Below are positions 1-10,239 of a DNA stretch of 59,341 nucleotides, piece by piece. The translations under genes were made by a program, and so were the position numbers. Origin of the DNA: an uncultured Iamiaceae bacterium (GTDB lineage Bacteria; Actinomycetota; Acidimicrobiia; Acidimicrobiales; Iamiaceae). The stretch's first letter is position 1. Every line of letters starts with the position of its first letter. Where the stretch lies: contig CAYQGF010000001.1 in NCBI GenBank assembly GCA_964416885.1, positions 1-59,341 of the forward strand, read 5' to 3'. The notes beneath the pieces were generated by a model. That model had not been told where the DNA came from, did not search any database, and saw nothing but the letters and a program-made list of their open reading frames with translations.

Positions 1-124
1 GTGTTACTCACCCGTTCGCCACTAGGTCTTCCGCAGTGTTGCCACTGCATGGACCTCGTTCGACTTGCATGTTTTAGGCACGCCGCCAGCGTTCGTCCTG
101 AGCCAGGATCAAACTCTCCGTCAA
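1..124 (-). rRNA. rrs: 16S rRNA, 5' end (partial)
   Basis: Reverse complement reads AGAGTTTGATCCTGGCTCAGGACGAACGCTGGCGGCGTGCC...ACATGCAAGTCGAACG (27F site at 98-117); exact 5' end approximate. Confidence 0.98.
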
Positions 125-337
125 GATCTCGACTCACCCGCCCGAAGGAGGGCTCGTCTCGATTGGTTAATGAAGAGCCGGACAAGGCCTGACAGCCTTT
201 GAGTGTCCGAATCTTGGCATCTCGGACAGACGATGGGTTCGTCCGTTGTTCCGTTGATGCGTATTGAATTGACAGTCCTGCTGCGTCGAAGCCGAAGCCT
301 CGAGGCGGCAGGCCCGCACTCGTACGTCCTCTGTTCT

Positions 338-351
338 GTTTTCAAGGAGCA
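338..351 (-). promoter_or_regulatory. rrn leader boxA antitermination element
   Basis: Minus strand TGCTCCTTGAAAAC between the promoters and the 16S 5' end; resembles boxA. Confidence 0.7.
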
Positions 352-461
352 CCCTGCTCCGCAATCCCATCGGGATCGGGAGCCGCTCTGGCAGTCGCCC
401 TGCTGGGCGGTGGTGCCGGGTGCCTCGGGACCGGTGAACCGTGTCCTCGGGGCGGCTGACC

Positions 462-490
462 ACCTTACCGGTGGGCCTCCGAGGTGTCAA
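462..490 (-). promoter_or_regulatory. rrn promoter P2 (sigma70-type)
   Basis: Minus strand TTGACA-17 nt-TAAGGT. Confidence 0.85.
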
Positions 491-550
491 CCTCGGTGGC
501 TCCGGGCCGGGGGCCGGTGCCTCGCTCCTTGCGGTGCGGGGCGAGTGATG

Positions 551-579
551 AATCTACGCAGGAGGCCCCGCGGTTCCAA
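551..579 (-). promoter_or_regulatory. rrn promoter P1 (sigma70-type)
   Basis: Minus strand TTGGAA-17 nt-TAGATT, upstream of P2. Confidence 0.6.
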
Positions 580-600
580 ATCCCCTGGTTAGGGCGTTGG

Positions 601-1875
601 TCACACCTCGGGGGTGACCACCATCGCGTAGGCCCGCTTTCCCTTGCGCAGCAGGGCGTAGCGCCCGTGGAGGAGGTCGTCGGCGACCAGGGCGCGATCC
701 TCGGAGAGACGCTCGCCGTTCAGGTAGACGCCCCCCTGGACGAGGGCCCGGCGGGCCTCGCCCGACGAGGCGACCAGGCCCGACTCCCGGAGCGCCACGC
801 TGGCCAGGGGCATCTCCTCCCCCGCGACGGCGACGACCGGGACCTCCTCGGCGACCGTGGCGAGCACCTCGGGGACGGCGCGGGCCGGGTCGCCACCGAA
901 GAGGACGTCGGTCGCCCCCCGCGCCGCGTCGGCCGCGGCGGCGCCGTGGACGAGGGCGGTGACCTCCCAGGCCAGCCACCGGTGGGCGACCCGAGCGCCG
1001 GGATCGGCCTCGTGCGCCGCGAGCAGAGCGTCGATCTCCTCCAGGGGCAGCAGCGTGAACCAGCGGAGGTGCTGGCCGAGGACGGCGTCGTCGACCTGCA
1101 CCAGGTGCTGGAACAGCTGGTAGGGGCTGGTGCGATCGGCCGCCAACCAGGTGCGAGCGCCGGTGGACTTGCCCAGCTTGGTGCCGTCGGCCGCGGTGAG
1201 CAGCGGCCAGCACAGGGCGTGCACCGCATGGCCCCGGGCGCGCCGGACCAGGTCGACCCCGGAGACGATGTTGCCCCACTGGTCGGAGCCGCCGACCTGG
1301 AGCTCGCAGCCGTGGACGTCGTGCAGGTGGAGGTAGTCCTGGGCCTGGAGGAGCATGTAGGTGAACTCGGTGTAGGAGATCCCCTGCTCGCTCTCCAGCC
1401 GGTTCCGCACCGAGTCGCGGGCGGTCATCTGGTTGACCGTGACGTGCTTGCCGACGCCGCGGAGGAACTCGACCAGCGTCAGGTCCTCGGTCCACTCCCA
1501 GTTGTCGACGAAGAGGGTGCCGGCGGTGCCGTCGGGGTCGACGATCCGGGCGATCTGGTCGGAGATGCGGGCGACGTTGGCCCGGAGGGTCGCCTCGTCG
1601 AGCAGGTTGCGCTCGTCGGAGCGGCCCGACGGGTCGCCGATCATCCCGGTGGCGCCCCCTGCCAGGCCGATCACCCGGTGCCCCGCATCCTGGAGCCGAC
1701 GCAGGATCAGCAGACCGATCAGGTTGCCGAGGTGGAGGCTGTCGGCGGTGGGGTCACAGCCGTAGTAGGCCGTGATCGGCCCCTCGGCCAGACGGGCGGC
1801 GAGGGCCTCCCGGTCGGTGGTGGTGTGCACGAGGCCGCGGGCCTCGAGGTCGGCGAGCACGTCGCGGGTCGTCAC
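601..1875 (-). CDS. tyrS: tyrosine--tRNA ligase
   Basis: YYGCDPTADSLHLGN (HIGH), QVGGSDQWGNI, KLGKS, C-terminal S4 domain; GTG start chosen at VTTRDVL; tyrS upstream of rrn is common in Actinobacteria. Confidence 0.97.
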   Translation of the reverse strand: MTTRDVLADLEARGLVHTTTDREALAARLAEGPITAYYGCDPTADSLHLGNLIGLLILRRLQDAGHRVIGLAGGATGMIGDPSGRSDERNLLDEATLRANVARISDQIARIVDPDGTAGTLFVDNWEWTEDLTLVEFLRGVGKHVTVNQMTARDSVRNRLESEQGISYTEFTYMLLQAQDYLHLHDVHGCELQVGGSDQWGNIVSGVDLVRRARGHAVHALCWPLLTAADGTKLGKSTGARTWLAADRTSPYQLFQHLVQVDDAVLGQHLRWFTLLPLEEIDALLAAHEADPGARVAHRWLAWEVTALVHGAAAADAARGATDVLFGGDPARAVPEVLATVAEEVPVVAVAGEEMPLASVALRESGLVASSGEARRALVQGGVYLNGERLSEDRALVADDLLHGRYALLRKGKRAYAMVVTPEV

Positions 1876-1969
1876 CCGGCCAGTCTGGCGCGAGGGCGGC
1901 TCCGGACCGGTCGTCGATCCCGCCGCTCCCGTCTGGACGGACCGCAGGCGGGTCGGTGAGGCTGGCCCG

Positions 1970-2524
1970 ATGGCAAGGCCGAGCACCGCCGACCGCCCCG
2001 AAGCGCCGCCCGCGACCGCCCCCCAGGGCCGACCGGTGTGGACCTACCTCGGGGTCGCCGTCGTCCTCGTCGTCGCCCTGATGTGGCTGTGGATCTTCAC
2101 CGGCGGGCCCAAGAAGGCCAACCCCGACCGGGTCGACGACCGGGCGTGGGCCGAGCGGGCCGAGGACACCTGCCGGGCGACGATGGACCGCATCGACGAA
2201 CGGGCGCTGCCCGCCGACGAGAGGGACCTCGCGGCCCGGGCCGACGCCATCGACGCCAGCACCGACGACCTCGAGGCCATGCTGGCGGCGCTCGCCGACC
2301 CGCTGCCCGAGCACGACGCGGACCGCGAGGTCGTCGAGCCGTGGCTGGAGGACTGGGCCGCGCTCGTGGAGGACCGGCGGGACTACGCCGACGCCGTCCG
2401 GGTCGACCCCGACGCCCGCTTCCTCACGACCGAGAAGTTCCGGGACGGCCTCGACGAGGTGATCGGCACCTTCGCCGAGGTCAACGACATCCCGTCCTGC
2501 GGGCCCGCCGGCGACGTCGGGTAG
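1970..2524 (+). CDS. hypothetical membrane-anchored protein
   Basis: One TM helix followed by an acidic helical region with two Cys; GC3-biased codons. Confidence 0.75.
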   Translation: MARPSTADRPEAPPATAPQGRPVWTYLGVAVVLVVALMWLWIFTGGPKKANPDRVDDRAWAERAEDTCRATMDRIDERALPADERDLAARADAIDASTDDLEAMLAALADPLPEHDADREVVEPWLEDWAALVEDRRDYADAVRVDPDARFLTTEKFRDGLDEVIGTFAEVNDIPSCGPAGDVG

Positions 2525-2536
2525 GCGACCGCCCGG

Positions 2537-3193
2537 TCAGAGCAACGTCGACGCGACCTGCAGGCCTCGGTGGACGAGGCGGCGGGTGCTGGCGTCGGCG
2601 TCGAGGGCATCGAGGTCGGCGTCGGTCCGGGCCCAGCGGGCCCCGGTCGACTCCTCGTTGATCGCGACCTCGGCGTCGGCCGGGGCGAGGAGCAGGAAGC
2701 GCAGGTCGTGGTGGACGTGGAACGAGCCGTCCGGGTAGGGCACGTCGTGGACGTCGAGGTCGACGGCGGGGACGACCGGGCGCAGGCCGGCGATCCCCGT
2801 CTCCTCGGCCGCCTCCCGACACGCCGCCGCCAACAGGTTGCCGTCGCCGTCGACGTGACCGCCGGGCTGGAACCAGCGGCCCAGCTTCCGGTGGTGCAGG
2901 AGGAGGGCGCCACGGCCGGGTGCCACCACGACCGCCGAGGCGGTGAGGTGGTCGGGCAGGCTGGCCCGGTCGAGCGGGTCGGCCGGGCCGGTGCAGAGGG
3001 CGAGGACGCGCTCCCGGACCGGGGCCAGGGCCTCGGGCAGCTCGGCCTCGGCGACGAGACGGCGGGCCAGGGCGCGGTCGCCCGGTCGGCTGCGGGCCTC
3101 GGGCGCGTCGGCGGCCAGGACGGTGAAGGTCGGCAGGAGGGTCACGGTCGTCTCGGGGTCGAGTGGGGCTGCGTGTCGAAGGGTGTCTGACAC
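2537..3193 (-). CDS. NUDIX hydrolase
   Basis: Nudix box GGHVDGDGNLLAAACREAAEETG; HLTASA and HHDLRF motifs; start uncertain. Confidence 0.9.
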   Translation of the reverse strand: MSDTLRHAAPLDPETTVTLLPTFTVLAADAPEARSRPGDRALARRLVAEAELPEALAPVRERVLALCTGPADPLDRASLPDHLTASAVVVAPGRGALLLHHRKLGRWFQPGGHVDGDGNLLAAACREAAEETGIAGLRPVVPAVDLDVHDVPYPDGSFHVHHDLRFLLLAPADAEVAINEESTGARWARTDADLDALDADASTRRLVHRGLQVASTLL

Positions 3194-3227
3194 CTATCGA
3201 CACACTGGGCCGGCGGGGACATCGGGG

Positions 3228-3824
3228 TCATCGGGGCCGGGCCGAGACGTGGGGGTGGCCCGGCAGGTACCAACGCCACGGGAGGTCGGCGCCCCGGGCC
3301 GGGCTGAGGCCCACCCGCACGCTGGTGGCGGGGGCCACGTCGGGGGCCCACCCGTCGGTGGCCAGGTCGATGCCGCGCTCGGCCCGCACCAGGTCGATGC
3401 CGCCGAAGCCACCGTCGATGCCCAGGGCCTGACAGAGCCGGGCCGGGCCCGAGGCCAGGTCGCGGTCCCGACGGGCGGCGGGGCGGGCGGCCCGGATGGC
3501 ATCGAGCCCGGCGACCGGCTCCCCGGCTCGCAGCAGCACCGCGCCGGCCCGCCCGACCGGGCCGCACACGACGTTGGCGCACCAGTGCATCCCGTAGCTG
3601 AAGTAGACGTAGAGGTGCCCGGGCGGGCCGAACATCACCTCGGTGCGGGGCGTCGGGCCCCGGTGGGCGTGGCTGCCGGGGTCGTCGACACCGCAGTAGG
3701 CCTCGACCTCCACCAGCCGGAGCGCCCGATCGTCGTGGCGGACCAACATCCCCAGCAGGTCCGGGGCGACGACCCGGGGGTCCCGGGCGAAGAACGAGCG
3801 CCCCAGGCGCCGACCGCGGGCCAC
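3228..3824 (-). CDS. mpg: DNA-3-methyladenine glycosylase (MPG/AAG family)
   Basis: LVEVEAY..DPGSHA, FGPPGHLYVYFSYGMHWCANVV, AVLLRA, GPARLCQALGI. Confidence 0.95.
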   Translation of the reverse strand: MARGRRLGRSFFARDPRVVAPDLLGMLVRHDDRALRLVEVEAYCGVDDPGSHAHRGPTPRTEVMFGPPGHLYVYFSYGMHWCANVVCGPVGRAGAVLLRAGEPVAGLDAIRAARPAARRDRDLASGPARLCQALGIDGGFGGIDLVRAERGIDLATDGWAPDVAPATSVRVGLSPARGADLPWRWYLPGHPHVSARPR

Positions 3825-3828
3825 TCGC

Positions 3829-4998
3829 TCAGAGGTCGCCGACGGTCGCCCACCACACGACGCCCGGGCCCCGGACCCGGCACGACTCCCGCTCCTCCGG
3901 GGCGACGAGCACGGCCCGCCCGTGCCCGAGCTCGACCCGGTCGTTGGCGGTGGTGAGCACGGCGGTGCCGAACGGGCCGCCCGTGGCGACGGCGACGGCC
4001 GGGCCGGGGCCGGGGGGCGCGGCCATGGCCCGGCTGCCCGGCTCCAACCGGTGCAGGGCGATCTCGGGGACACCCGCCGGGGCGTAGCGGCGGACGCCCA
4101 GGGCCACGGCGTCGCCCCCGAGGGGGACGGTCCCGACACCGGGTTCGGCGAGCAGGTCGACCAGCGCCTCGGTGTCGACGTGCTTCGGGGTCAACCCGCC
4201 CCGGACGACGTTGTCGGAGGCACCCATCAGCTCGACCCCGGCCCCCTGGAGGTACAGGTGGGGCACGCCGGCGGGGAGGAACACGCCCTCCCCCGCGTGG
4301 AGCATCCGGAGGTCGAGGATCAGCGGGGCCAGCGCCGCCGGGTCACCGGGGTAGGCCGCCGCCAGACGGCGGACCCACCGGCGCGCCCCGGCGAAGGCGC
4401 CCACCCGGGCCGCGGCCGCGGCCAGCACCGCCTTCTCGTCGTCGGAGGCGGTCAGGACGTGCATGAGGGCCCGGCGGGAGTCGGGCTCGCCCGCGACCAG
4501 GGCCGCGAGGTCAGCGGTGGCCGGGCCGAGCGCCCGGAGCCGGGCCGCGGCGTCCTGCCCGGTGCGGAACCCGACCAGCACCCAGGTGGGCGCCAGGGCG
4601 ACGAGCACCTCGGGCTTGGCGTAGGGGTCGCGGTAGGTCCGCTCCGGGGCGTCGAGCGCGACCCCCTGCTCCTCCTCCCGGGCGAAGCCGGCCGCGGCCT
4701 GCGCGGCATCGGGGTGGAGCTGGATGCTGAGCGGTGCGTCGATGGCCAGCACCTTGAGCAGGAAGGGCAGGCGGGCGCCGAAGCGGTCGACCACGTCGGG
4801 GCCGAGGACCGAGGCCGGGTCGGCGGCGATGGCGTCGGCCAGCAGGGTGCCGTCGTCGGTGGTCGACGGGGCCGCCGGATGGGTGCCGACCCACAGCTCG
4901 GCCTCCTTCCCCCCGGTGGGGGCCGTGCCGAGGAGCGGCACCAGCCCGTCGACGACGCCCCACGCGTAGGGCTGGATGCGATTGGCCAATCCGAGCAC
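3829..4998 (-). CDS. manA: mannose-6-phosphate isomerase, class I
   Basis: QPYAWG, AELWVGTHP, LPFLLKVLA..PLSIQLHP, YRDPYAKPE, MGASDNVVRGGLTPKHVD. Confidence 0.95.
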   Translation of the reverse strand: MLGLANRIQPYAWGVVDGLVPLLGTAPTGGKEAELWVGTHPAAPSTTDDGTLLADAIAADPASVLGPDVVDRFGARLPFLLKVLAIDAPLSIQLHPDAAQAAAGFAREEEQGVALDAPERTYRDPYAKPEVLVALAPTWVLVGFRTGQDAAARLRALGPATADLAALVAGEPDSRRALMHVLTASDDEKAVLAAAAARVGAFAGARRWVRRLAAAYPGDPAALAPLILDLRMLHAGEGVFLPAGVPHLYLQGAGVELMGASDNVVRGGLTPKHVDTEALVDLLAEPGVGTVPLGGDAVALGVRRYAPAGVPEIALHRLEPGSRAMAAPPGPGPAVAVATGGPFGTAVLTTANDRVELGHGRAVLVAPEERESCRVRGPGVVWWATVGDL

Positions 4999-5015
4999 GA
5001 TCCGACAGTACGCGA

Positions 5016-5140
5016 CCGGTTCTGGCGCGCCAGGACGCGCGAAACGCCGGCGTGGCGCGCCAGAACGGCGATCGACCGGCGGCGGGCCCGTTCTGGCGCG
5101 CCAGTCGGGCCGGAACAGGGCCCTGGCGCGCCAGAACGGG
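5016..5140. repeat. REP/MITE-like palindromic repeats, two tandem 48-bp units
   Basis: GTTCTGGCGCGCCA-20 nt-TGGCGCGCCAGAAC at 5019-5066 and 5090-5137. Confidence 0.85.
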
Positions 5141-5147
5141 GACGCGG

Positions 5148-6038
5148 TCAGCCGGGGCGGGGGACGCCGATGGCGTTGGGGTCGGGGATGACGCCGACGG
5201 CCCAGAGACGGGTGGCCAGGGGCGCGAGGGCGACGTCGAGGCGGGCGACGTCGTCGGCACCGAGCGCCTCCCACGGCCGGAGGGCGGCCCGGTCGGTGGC
5301 ATCCTCGACGTGACGCTTCAGGGCCCGGCCGGCGTCGGTGGCGACCCCGCTGGCGGCGTCGACCAGGCCTCGGTCGGCGAGACGGGCCCGGGCCGCGTCC
5401 CACTGCTCGGGCGGGAGGCCGCGGATGCCCTGGACCCGCTCGGCGGTGAGCGGGCCGGTCGCCACCGCGAGCACCCCGCCCTCGATGCCGGTGAGGTCGG
5501 CGGCGACCAGGGCCGCGACGTGGCCGTCGCCCCGGTGCTCACGCAGGAGGGTGGCGGCGTGCCAGAGGGTCGCGCGGGAGCCCTGGTCGGCGTCGGGCCA
5601 GGGCAGGGCGGCGTTGGCGGCGAAGAGCGGGCGGCCACCGACCCCGGCCTCGACGGCGGCCGTCGCCGCCCGCCGCAGGAGGTCCGTGGCCTCCTCTTCC
5701 TCCGGGGCCGCGGGCCCGAGGGCGGCGTCGAGGGCCGCGACCGCCCCGGCCAGACGGGCCCGGAGCGCCGCCTCGGGGCGGGCGAGCGACCAGACCGACG
5801 GCATCGCCCGGGCCACGAAGTCCCCGTCGAAGCCGAAGAACGCGGCCGTGACGACCTCGGCCGGACAGGGCGCCAGCGGTGCGGCCCGACCGGCGAAGTA
5901 GCCCCGCCAGAACCCGGTGATGCCGGCCGCCTCGTAGGCCGGGGCCACCTCGGGGGCGAAGTAGGTGACGGCGTGGACGGGCTCGTAGAGGGTCCAGAGG
6001 CGACGGGCCACGGCCGGGCCCGGGGTGACGGCATCCAT
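5148..6038 (-). CDS. SCO6745-family protein
   Basis: EPVHAVTYFAPE, GYFAGRAAPL, LWHAATLLREHRGDGHVAALV. Confidence 0.85.
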   Translation of the reverse strand: MDAVTPGPAVARRLWTLYEPVHAVTYFAPEVAPAYEAAGITGFWRGYFAGRAAPLAPCPAEVVTAAFFGFDGDFVARAMPSVWSLARPEAALRARLAGAVAALDAALGPAAPEEEEATDLLRRAATAAVEAGVGGRPLFAANAALPWPDADQGSRATLWHAATLLREHRGDGHVAALVAADLTGIEGGVLAVATGPLTAERVQGIRGLPPEQWDAARARLADRGLVDAASGVATDAGRALKRHVEDATDRAALRPWEALGADDVARLDVALAPLATRLWAVGVIPDPNAIGVPRPG

Positions 6039-6126
6039 GACGGCAGGCTCGCGCCGTCACGACCACGGTGACGAGGGCCGATCTCACCGGCTTGGCCCGA
6101 TCTCCGGCCCGATCCCTCCGACCGAA

Positions 6127-6210
6127 CCGGCGGCGCGGCCCGTTCCGGCGCGCCGGTCGGGCCGGAACAGGGCCCTGGCGCGCCAGGACGGGGACGCGGT
6201 CAGCCGGGGC
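6127..6210. repeat. third copy of the palindromic unit; near-identical to 5076-5158
   Basis: GTTCCGGCGCGCCG...TGGCGCGCCAGGAC at 6142-6189, with the same spacer and flanks as the 5090 unit. Confidence 0.85.
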
Positions 6211-6847
6211 CGGCGGGGTGCTCGGTGGCGGGGAGAGTGCCCTCGACCTCGGCGGTGGCGTGGCCCCGGTCGAACCACGGGAGGGTGACGTGCACGAGGG
6301 GGCCGACGGTCAGGGCGAACACGACGGTCCCGACACCGACGGTGCCGCCGAGCAGGAAGCCGCCGACCAGCACCGTCAGCTCGATCGCGGTCCGCACCAC
6401 CCGGACCGAGTGGCCCCGGGCCGCGATGCCGGTCATCAGGCCGTCGCGGGGACCGGGGCCCAGGCCGGCACCGATGTAGAGCCCGAGCGACAGCCCGCTC
6501 AACAGCACCCCTGCGGCGAGGAACGCAACCCGTGGCACCAGGGCGGTGGGCGACGGGAGCACCACGATCCCGGCCTCGATCACCAGCCCGACGACGAGGG
6601 CGTTGGCGACCGTGCCGATCCCGGGCCGCTGGCGCAGCGGGACCCAGAGCGCCAGCACGACCACGCTCATGGCGATCACGACCCAGCCCAGCCCGACGCC
6701 CGTGCGCTCCGACAGGCCCTGGTGGAAGACGTCCCAGGGGTCGAGCCCGAGGTCGGCCTCCACGATCAGGGCCAGCGCCAGGCCGAACACGACGAGGCCG
6801 ACCATCAACTGCGCCAACCGGGCTCCGAGGTCGGGCACGTCGCGCAC
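6200..6847 (-). CDS. YczE/YyaS/YitT-family membrane protein
   Basis: ADLGLDPWDVFHQGLS, GIGTVANA, GLGPGPRDGLMTG, GGTVGVGTV. Confidence 0.92.
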   Translation of the reverse strand: MRDVPDLGARLAQLMVGLVVFGLALALIVEADLGLDPWDVFHQGLSERTGVGLGWVVIAMSVVVLALWVPLRQRPGIGTVANALVVGLVIEAGIVVLPSPTALVPRVAFLAAGVLLSGLSLGLYIGAGLGPGPRDGLMTGIAARGHSVRVVRTAIELTVLVGGFLLGGTVGVGTVVFALTVGPLVHVTLPWFDRGHATAEVEGTLPATEHPAGPG

Positions 6848-6980
6848 CGGGAGACAGTACGGGCCCGCCCCGCCGACCGGACAGCCGTTGGCCCACGCCG
6901 TGGCCCGAACCGGCAGGATGGGTCACCCGACCGAGGACCGTTGCCATGCCCGACCCCGACCGCGCCCGACGCCGCCACCC

Positions 6981-7493
6981 GTGACGGCATCGGCCCCGCG
7001 CCCGGCGACGGGACGGCCCCGCCGCACCGTCGCGCCGGTCACCGCGACCGACGTGGGCGACGTCGAGGGCCGGACCTTCCGCAGTTCGGGCCAGACCGTC
7101 GTGTGCACGGTGATGGCCGTCGCCTGGCCCCTCCTCCTGGGGGCGCTGGCCGTGAGCGCCGCCGACGAGCCGGCCCTGGCGGTCAGCCTCGGCGCCGGCG
7201 GCCTCCTCGGGTGCGGGCTCTACGCCCGGGCCGCCCGGATGCGGCTCGACGTCGACGGCGAGGGCCTGACCGTCATCGGCTTCGTGCGCCGCCGGTTCGT
7301 GCCGTGGGCCGACGTGGTGGGCGTGATCGCCGGCTACGAGGGGCTGCGGATCCTCGTCCCCGAGGGCCGGGGGCCGGTCCTCCACAGCATCAGCCGCACC
7401 CGACGGTCGGTGGCGACGGGCGTCCCCGGCTTCGCCGACGCCGTGGCCGACCGCCTGACCGAGGAGGCCCGCCTCCGCCAGGATGCCGGATGA
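6981..7493 (+). CDS. membrane protein with bacterial PH-like domain
   Basis: Two TM segments, then RLDVDGEGLTVIGFVRRRFVPWADV; start uncertain. Confidence 0.65.
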   Translation: MTASAPRPATGRPRRTVAPVTATDVGDVEGRTFRSSGQTVVCTVMAVAWPLLLGALAVSAADEPALAVSLGAGGLLGCGLYARAARMRLDVDGEGLTVIGFVRRRFVPWADVVGVIAGYEGLRILVPEGRGPVLHSISRTRRSVATGVPGFADAVADRLTEEARLRQDAG

Positions 7494-7512
7494 CCCCGGT
7501 GGAGGAGACGCC

Positions 7513-10056
7513 ATGACCCCGCCCAACCTCGGTGACCGGCTCCCGGCCGGGGCCGACGCCGACACCGTGGTCGACACCTTCATGGGCTGGGTCGAGGACC
7601 GGGGCCTCACGCTCTACCCGGCCCAGGAGGAGGCCCTGCTGGAGCTGGTCACCGGCGCCCACGTCATCGTCACGACGCCGACCGGGTCGGGCAAGAGCCT
7701 GATCGCCACCGCCGCCCACCTGACCGCCCTGGCCGAGGGCCGCCGCAGCTTCTACACCGCGCCGATCAAGGCCCTGGTGTCGGAGAAGTTCTTCGACCTC
7801 ACCGCCACCTTCGGTGCCGACCGCGTCGGGATGATGACCGGCGACGCGGCGGTGAACGCGGATGCCCCCATCATCTGCTGCACGGCCGAGATCGTCGCCA
7901 ACCTGGCCCTGCGGTACGGCGTCGACGCCCCCGTCGGCCAGGTCGTGATGGACGAGTTCCACTACCTCGCCGACCCCGAGCGGGGCTGGGCCTGGCAGGT
8001 CCCGCTGCTGGAGCTGACCGACGCCCAGCACGTGATGATGTCGGCCACCCTCGGGCCGGTCGACCGCTTCGTCGACGACCTGGAGCAGCGGACCGACCGC
8101 TCGGTCGCCGTGGTCCACTCCGCCACCCGCCCGGTGCCGCTGGTCCACGAGTTCCGGATGGAGCCGATCGTCGAGACGATCGAGGAGCTGCTGGCCACCG
8201 ACGCCGCCCCGGTCTACGTCGTCCACCCGACCCAGGCCGGGGCGGCCGAGCGGGCCCAAGGGCTGATGAGCCTCAAGCTCTGCACCCGGGAGGAGAAGGA
8301 CGCCATCGCCGAGGCGATCGGCGACTTCCGCTTCGCCGCCGGCTTCGGGCGGACGCTCAGCCGCTTCGTCCGCAACGGCATCGGCGTCCACCACGCCGGG
8401 ATGCTGCCCAAGTACCGCCGGTTGGTGGAGCGGCTGGCCCAGAGCGGGCACCTCAAGGTCATCTGCGGCACCGACACCCTCGGGGTCGGCATCAACGTCC
8501 CGATCCGCACCGTGCTGATCACGTCGCTGTCGAAGTACGACGGCACCCAGACCCGGCTGCTCACCGCCCGGGAGTTCCACCAGATCGGCGGCCGGGCCGG
8601 GCGGGCCGGGTTCGACACCATGGGCCGGGTCGTCGTCATGGCCCCGGAGCACGCCATCGAGAACGCCAAGATGGAGGCCAAGGCCGCGGCCAACCCGCAG
8701 AAGAAGCGGAAGCTGGTGAAGAAGAAGCCGCCGCCCGGCACGGTGAGCTGGGGCGAGCCGACCTTCCAGCGGCTGGTCACGGCCGAGCCCGAGCCGCTGA
8801 CCTCGCACCTGAAGGTCACCCACTCGATGCTGATCAACGTCCTCGACCGACCCGGTGACGGGCGGGCCGCGCTACGCCGGCTGATCACCACCAGCTACGA
8901 GACCGACGCCGAGAAGGAGGCCCACCTGGCCCGGGCGGCCGAGATCGAGGCCTCGCTGATCGAGGCCGGCGTGGTCGAGGAGCTGCCCGAGCCCGACGAG
9001 AAGGGCCGCACCGTGCGGGTCACCGTCGAGCTCCAGCCCAACTTCGCCCTCGACCAGCCCCTCGCCCCCTTCGCCCTCGCCGCCCTGGAGCTGCTCGACC
9101 CCGAGAGCGACGACCATGCGTTGGACGTCATCAGCGTGATCGAGAGCGTGTTGGAGGACCCGCGGCCGATCATCACCGCCCAGGTGAAGGCGGCCAAGGA
9201 CGCGGCGATGACCCGGATGAAGGCCGAGGGGCTCGACTACGAGCAGCGCATGGCCGAGCTCGACACGATCACCCATCCCCAGCCCCTGGCCGAGCTGCTG
9301 GTGCCGATGTTCCAGACCTACCGGGACGCCCACCCGTGGGTCGCCGACTCGCCGCTGCGGCCCAAGGCGGTGGTGCGGGAGATGTGGGAGCGGGCCATGG
9401 GCTTCGCCGACTACGTCCGCCACCACGGGCTCAACCGGAGCGAGGGCCTGGTGCTCCGCTACCTCAGCGACGTCTACAAGGCCCTGGTCAAGACCATCCC
9501 CGAGGACGACAAGACCGAGGCGATCGTCGACCTCACCGAGTGGCTGGGCGAGGTCGTGCGCCAGACCGACTCGTCGCTGCTCGACGAGTGGGAGGCGCTC
9601 CGCCACCCCGAGGAGGTGCTCGACGGCGAGGTCCCGCCACCGGGGGCACCCGGGGCGCCCGGCGCCGAGCCGGCCGCTCCCCCGCCGGTCACCCGGAACC
9701 GGAGGGCCTTCCTGGTGCTGGTCCGCAACGCCCTGTTCCGCCGGGTCGAGCTGCTGGCGGCCCAGCGGTGGACGGCCCTGGGCGAGCTCGACGGCGACGA
9801 CGGGTGGAACCCCGACCGCTGGCACCAGGCGGCCCAGCCCTACTTCGCCGCCCACGGGTCCGTCGGCATCGACGGCGATGCCCGGTCGGCCCGGATGCTC
9901 CTGGTCGAGGAGCACCCCGACCGCTGGGACGTCCAGCAGGTCCTGGCCGACCCCGCCGGCGACCACGACTGGCGCATCCGGGCCACCGTCGACCTGGCCG
10001 CCTCCGACGAGGCCGGCGAGCCCGTGGTCCACGTCGAGGCCCTGGCCGAGCTCTGA
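7513..10056 (+). CDS. Ski2/HelY-like DEAD/DEAH-box helicase with DUF3516-type C-terminus
   Basis: TPTGSGKS, YTAPIKALVSEK, DEFH, MSAT, GIGVHHAG, QIGGRAGR; SD GGAGGAG. Confidence 0.93.
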   Translation: MTPPNLGDRLPAGADADTVVDTFMGWVEDRGLTLYPAQEEALLELVTGAHVIVTTPTGSGKSLIATAAHLTALAEGRRSFYTAPIKALVSEKFFDLTATFGADRVGMMTGDAAVNADAPIICCTAEIVANLALRYGVDAPVGQVVMDEFHYLADPERGWAWQVPLLELTDAQHVMMSATLGPVDRFVDDLEQRTDRSVAVVHSATRPVPLVHEFRMEPIVETIEELLATDAAPVYVVHPTQAGAAERAQGLMSLKLCTREEKDAIAEAIGDFRFAAGFGRTLSRFVRNGIGVHHAGMLPKYRRLVERLAQSGHLKVICGTDTLGVGINVPIRTVLITSLSKYDGTQTRLLTAREFHQIGGRAGRAGFDTMGRVVVMAPEHAIENAKMEAKAAANPQKKRKLVKKKPPPGTVSWGEPTFQRLVTAEPEPLTSHLKVTHSMLINVLDRPGDGRAALRRLITTSYETDAEKEAHLARAAEIEASLIEAGVVEELPEPDEKGRTVRVTVELQPNFALDQPLAPFALAALELLDPESDDHALDVISVIESVLEDPRPIITAQVKAAKDAAMTRMKAEGLDYEQRMAELDTITHPQPLAELLVPMFQTYRDAHPWVADSPLRPKAVVREMWERAMGFADYVRHHGLNRSEGLVLRYLSDVYKALVKTIPEDDKTEAIVDLTEWLGEVVRQTDSSLLDEWEALRHPEEVLDGEVPPPGAPGAPGAEPAAPPPVTRNRRAFLVLVRNALFRRVELLAAQRWTALGELDGDDGWNPDRWHQAAQPYFAAHGSVGIDGDARSARMLLVEEHPDRWDVQQVLADPAGDHDWRIRATVDLAASDEAGEPVVHVEALAEL

Positions 10057-10239
10057 CGTCGTCGCCGACGGGCGGCGCGCCCCGGTGCCGCCGGGCGATC
10101 CGCGGCCCGACCCGGTGACCCGCTCGGCGTCCGACAACCGCTGATCGTGACGAAATGCTCACGGTCGGTGATGTGTGGCCGATGGGGCGGCGACCCCGAC
10201 GCCAGGGATGAGCGTCGAGGGGAACCAGGAGCCGTCGTC

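Noticed and set aside
1..592. ORFs in the first 600 bp
   Set aside because: They overlap the 16S rRNA, its leader and its promoters.
10143..10168. CRP site upstream of the GH16 gene
   Set aside because: GTGA and TCAC are separated by 8 nt rather than the canonical 6.
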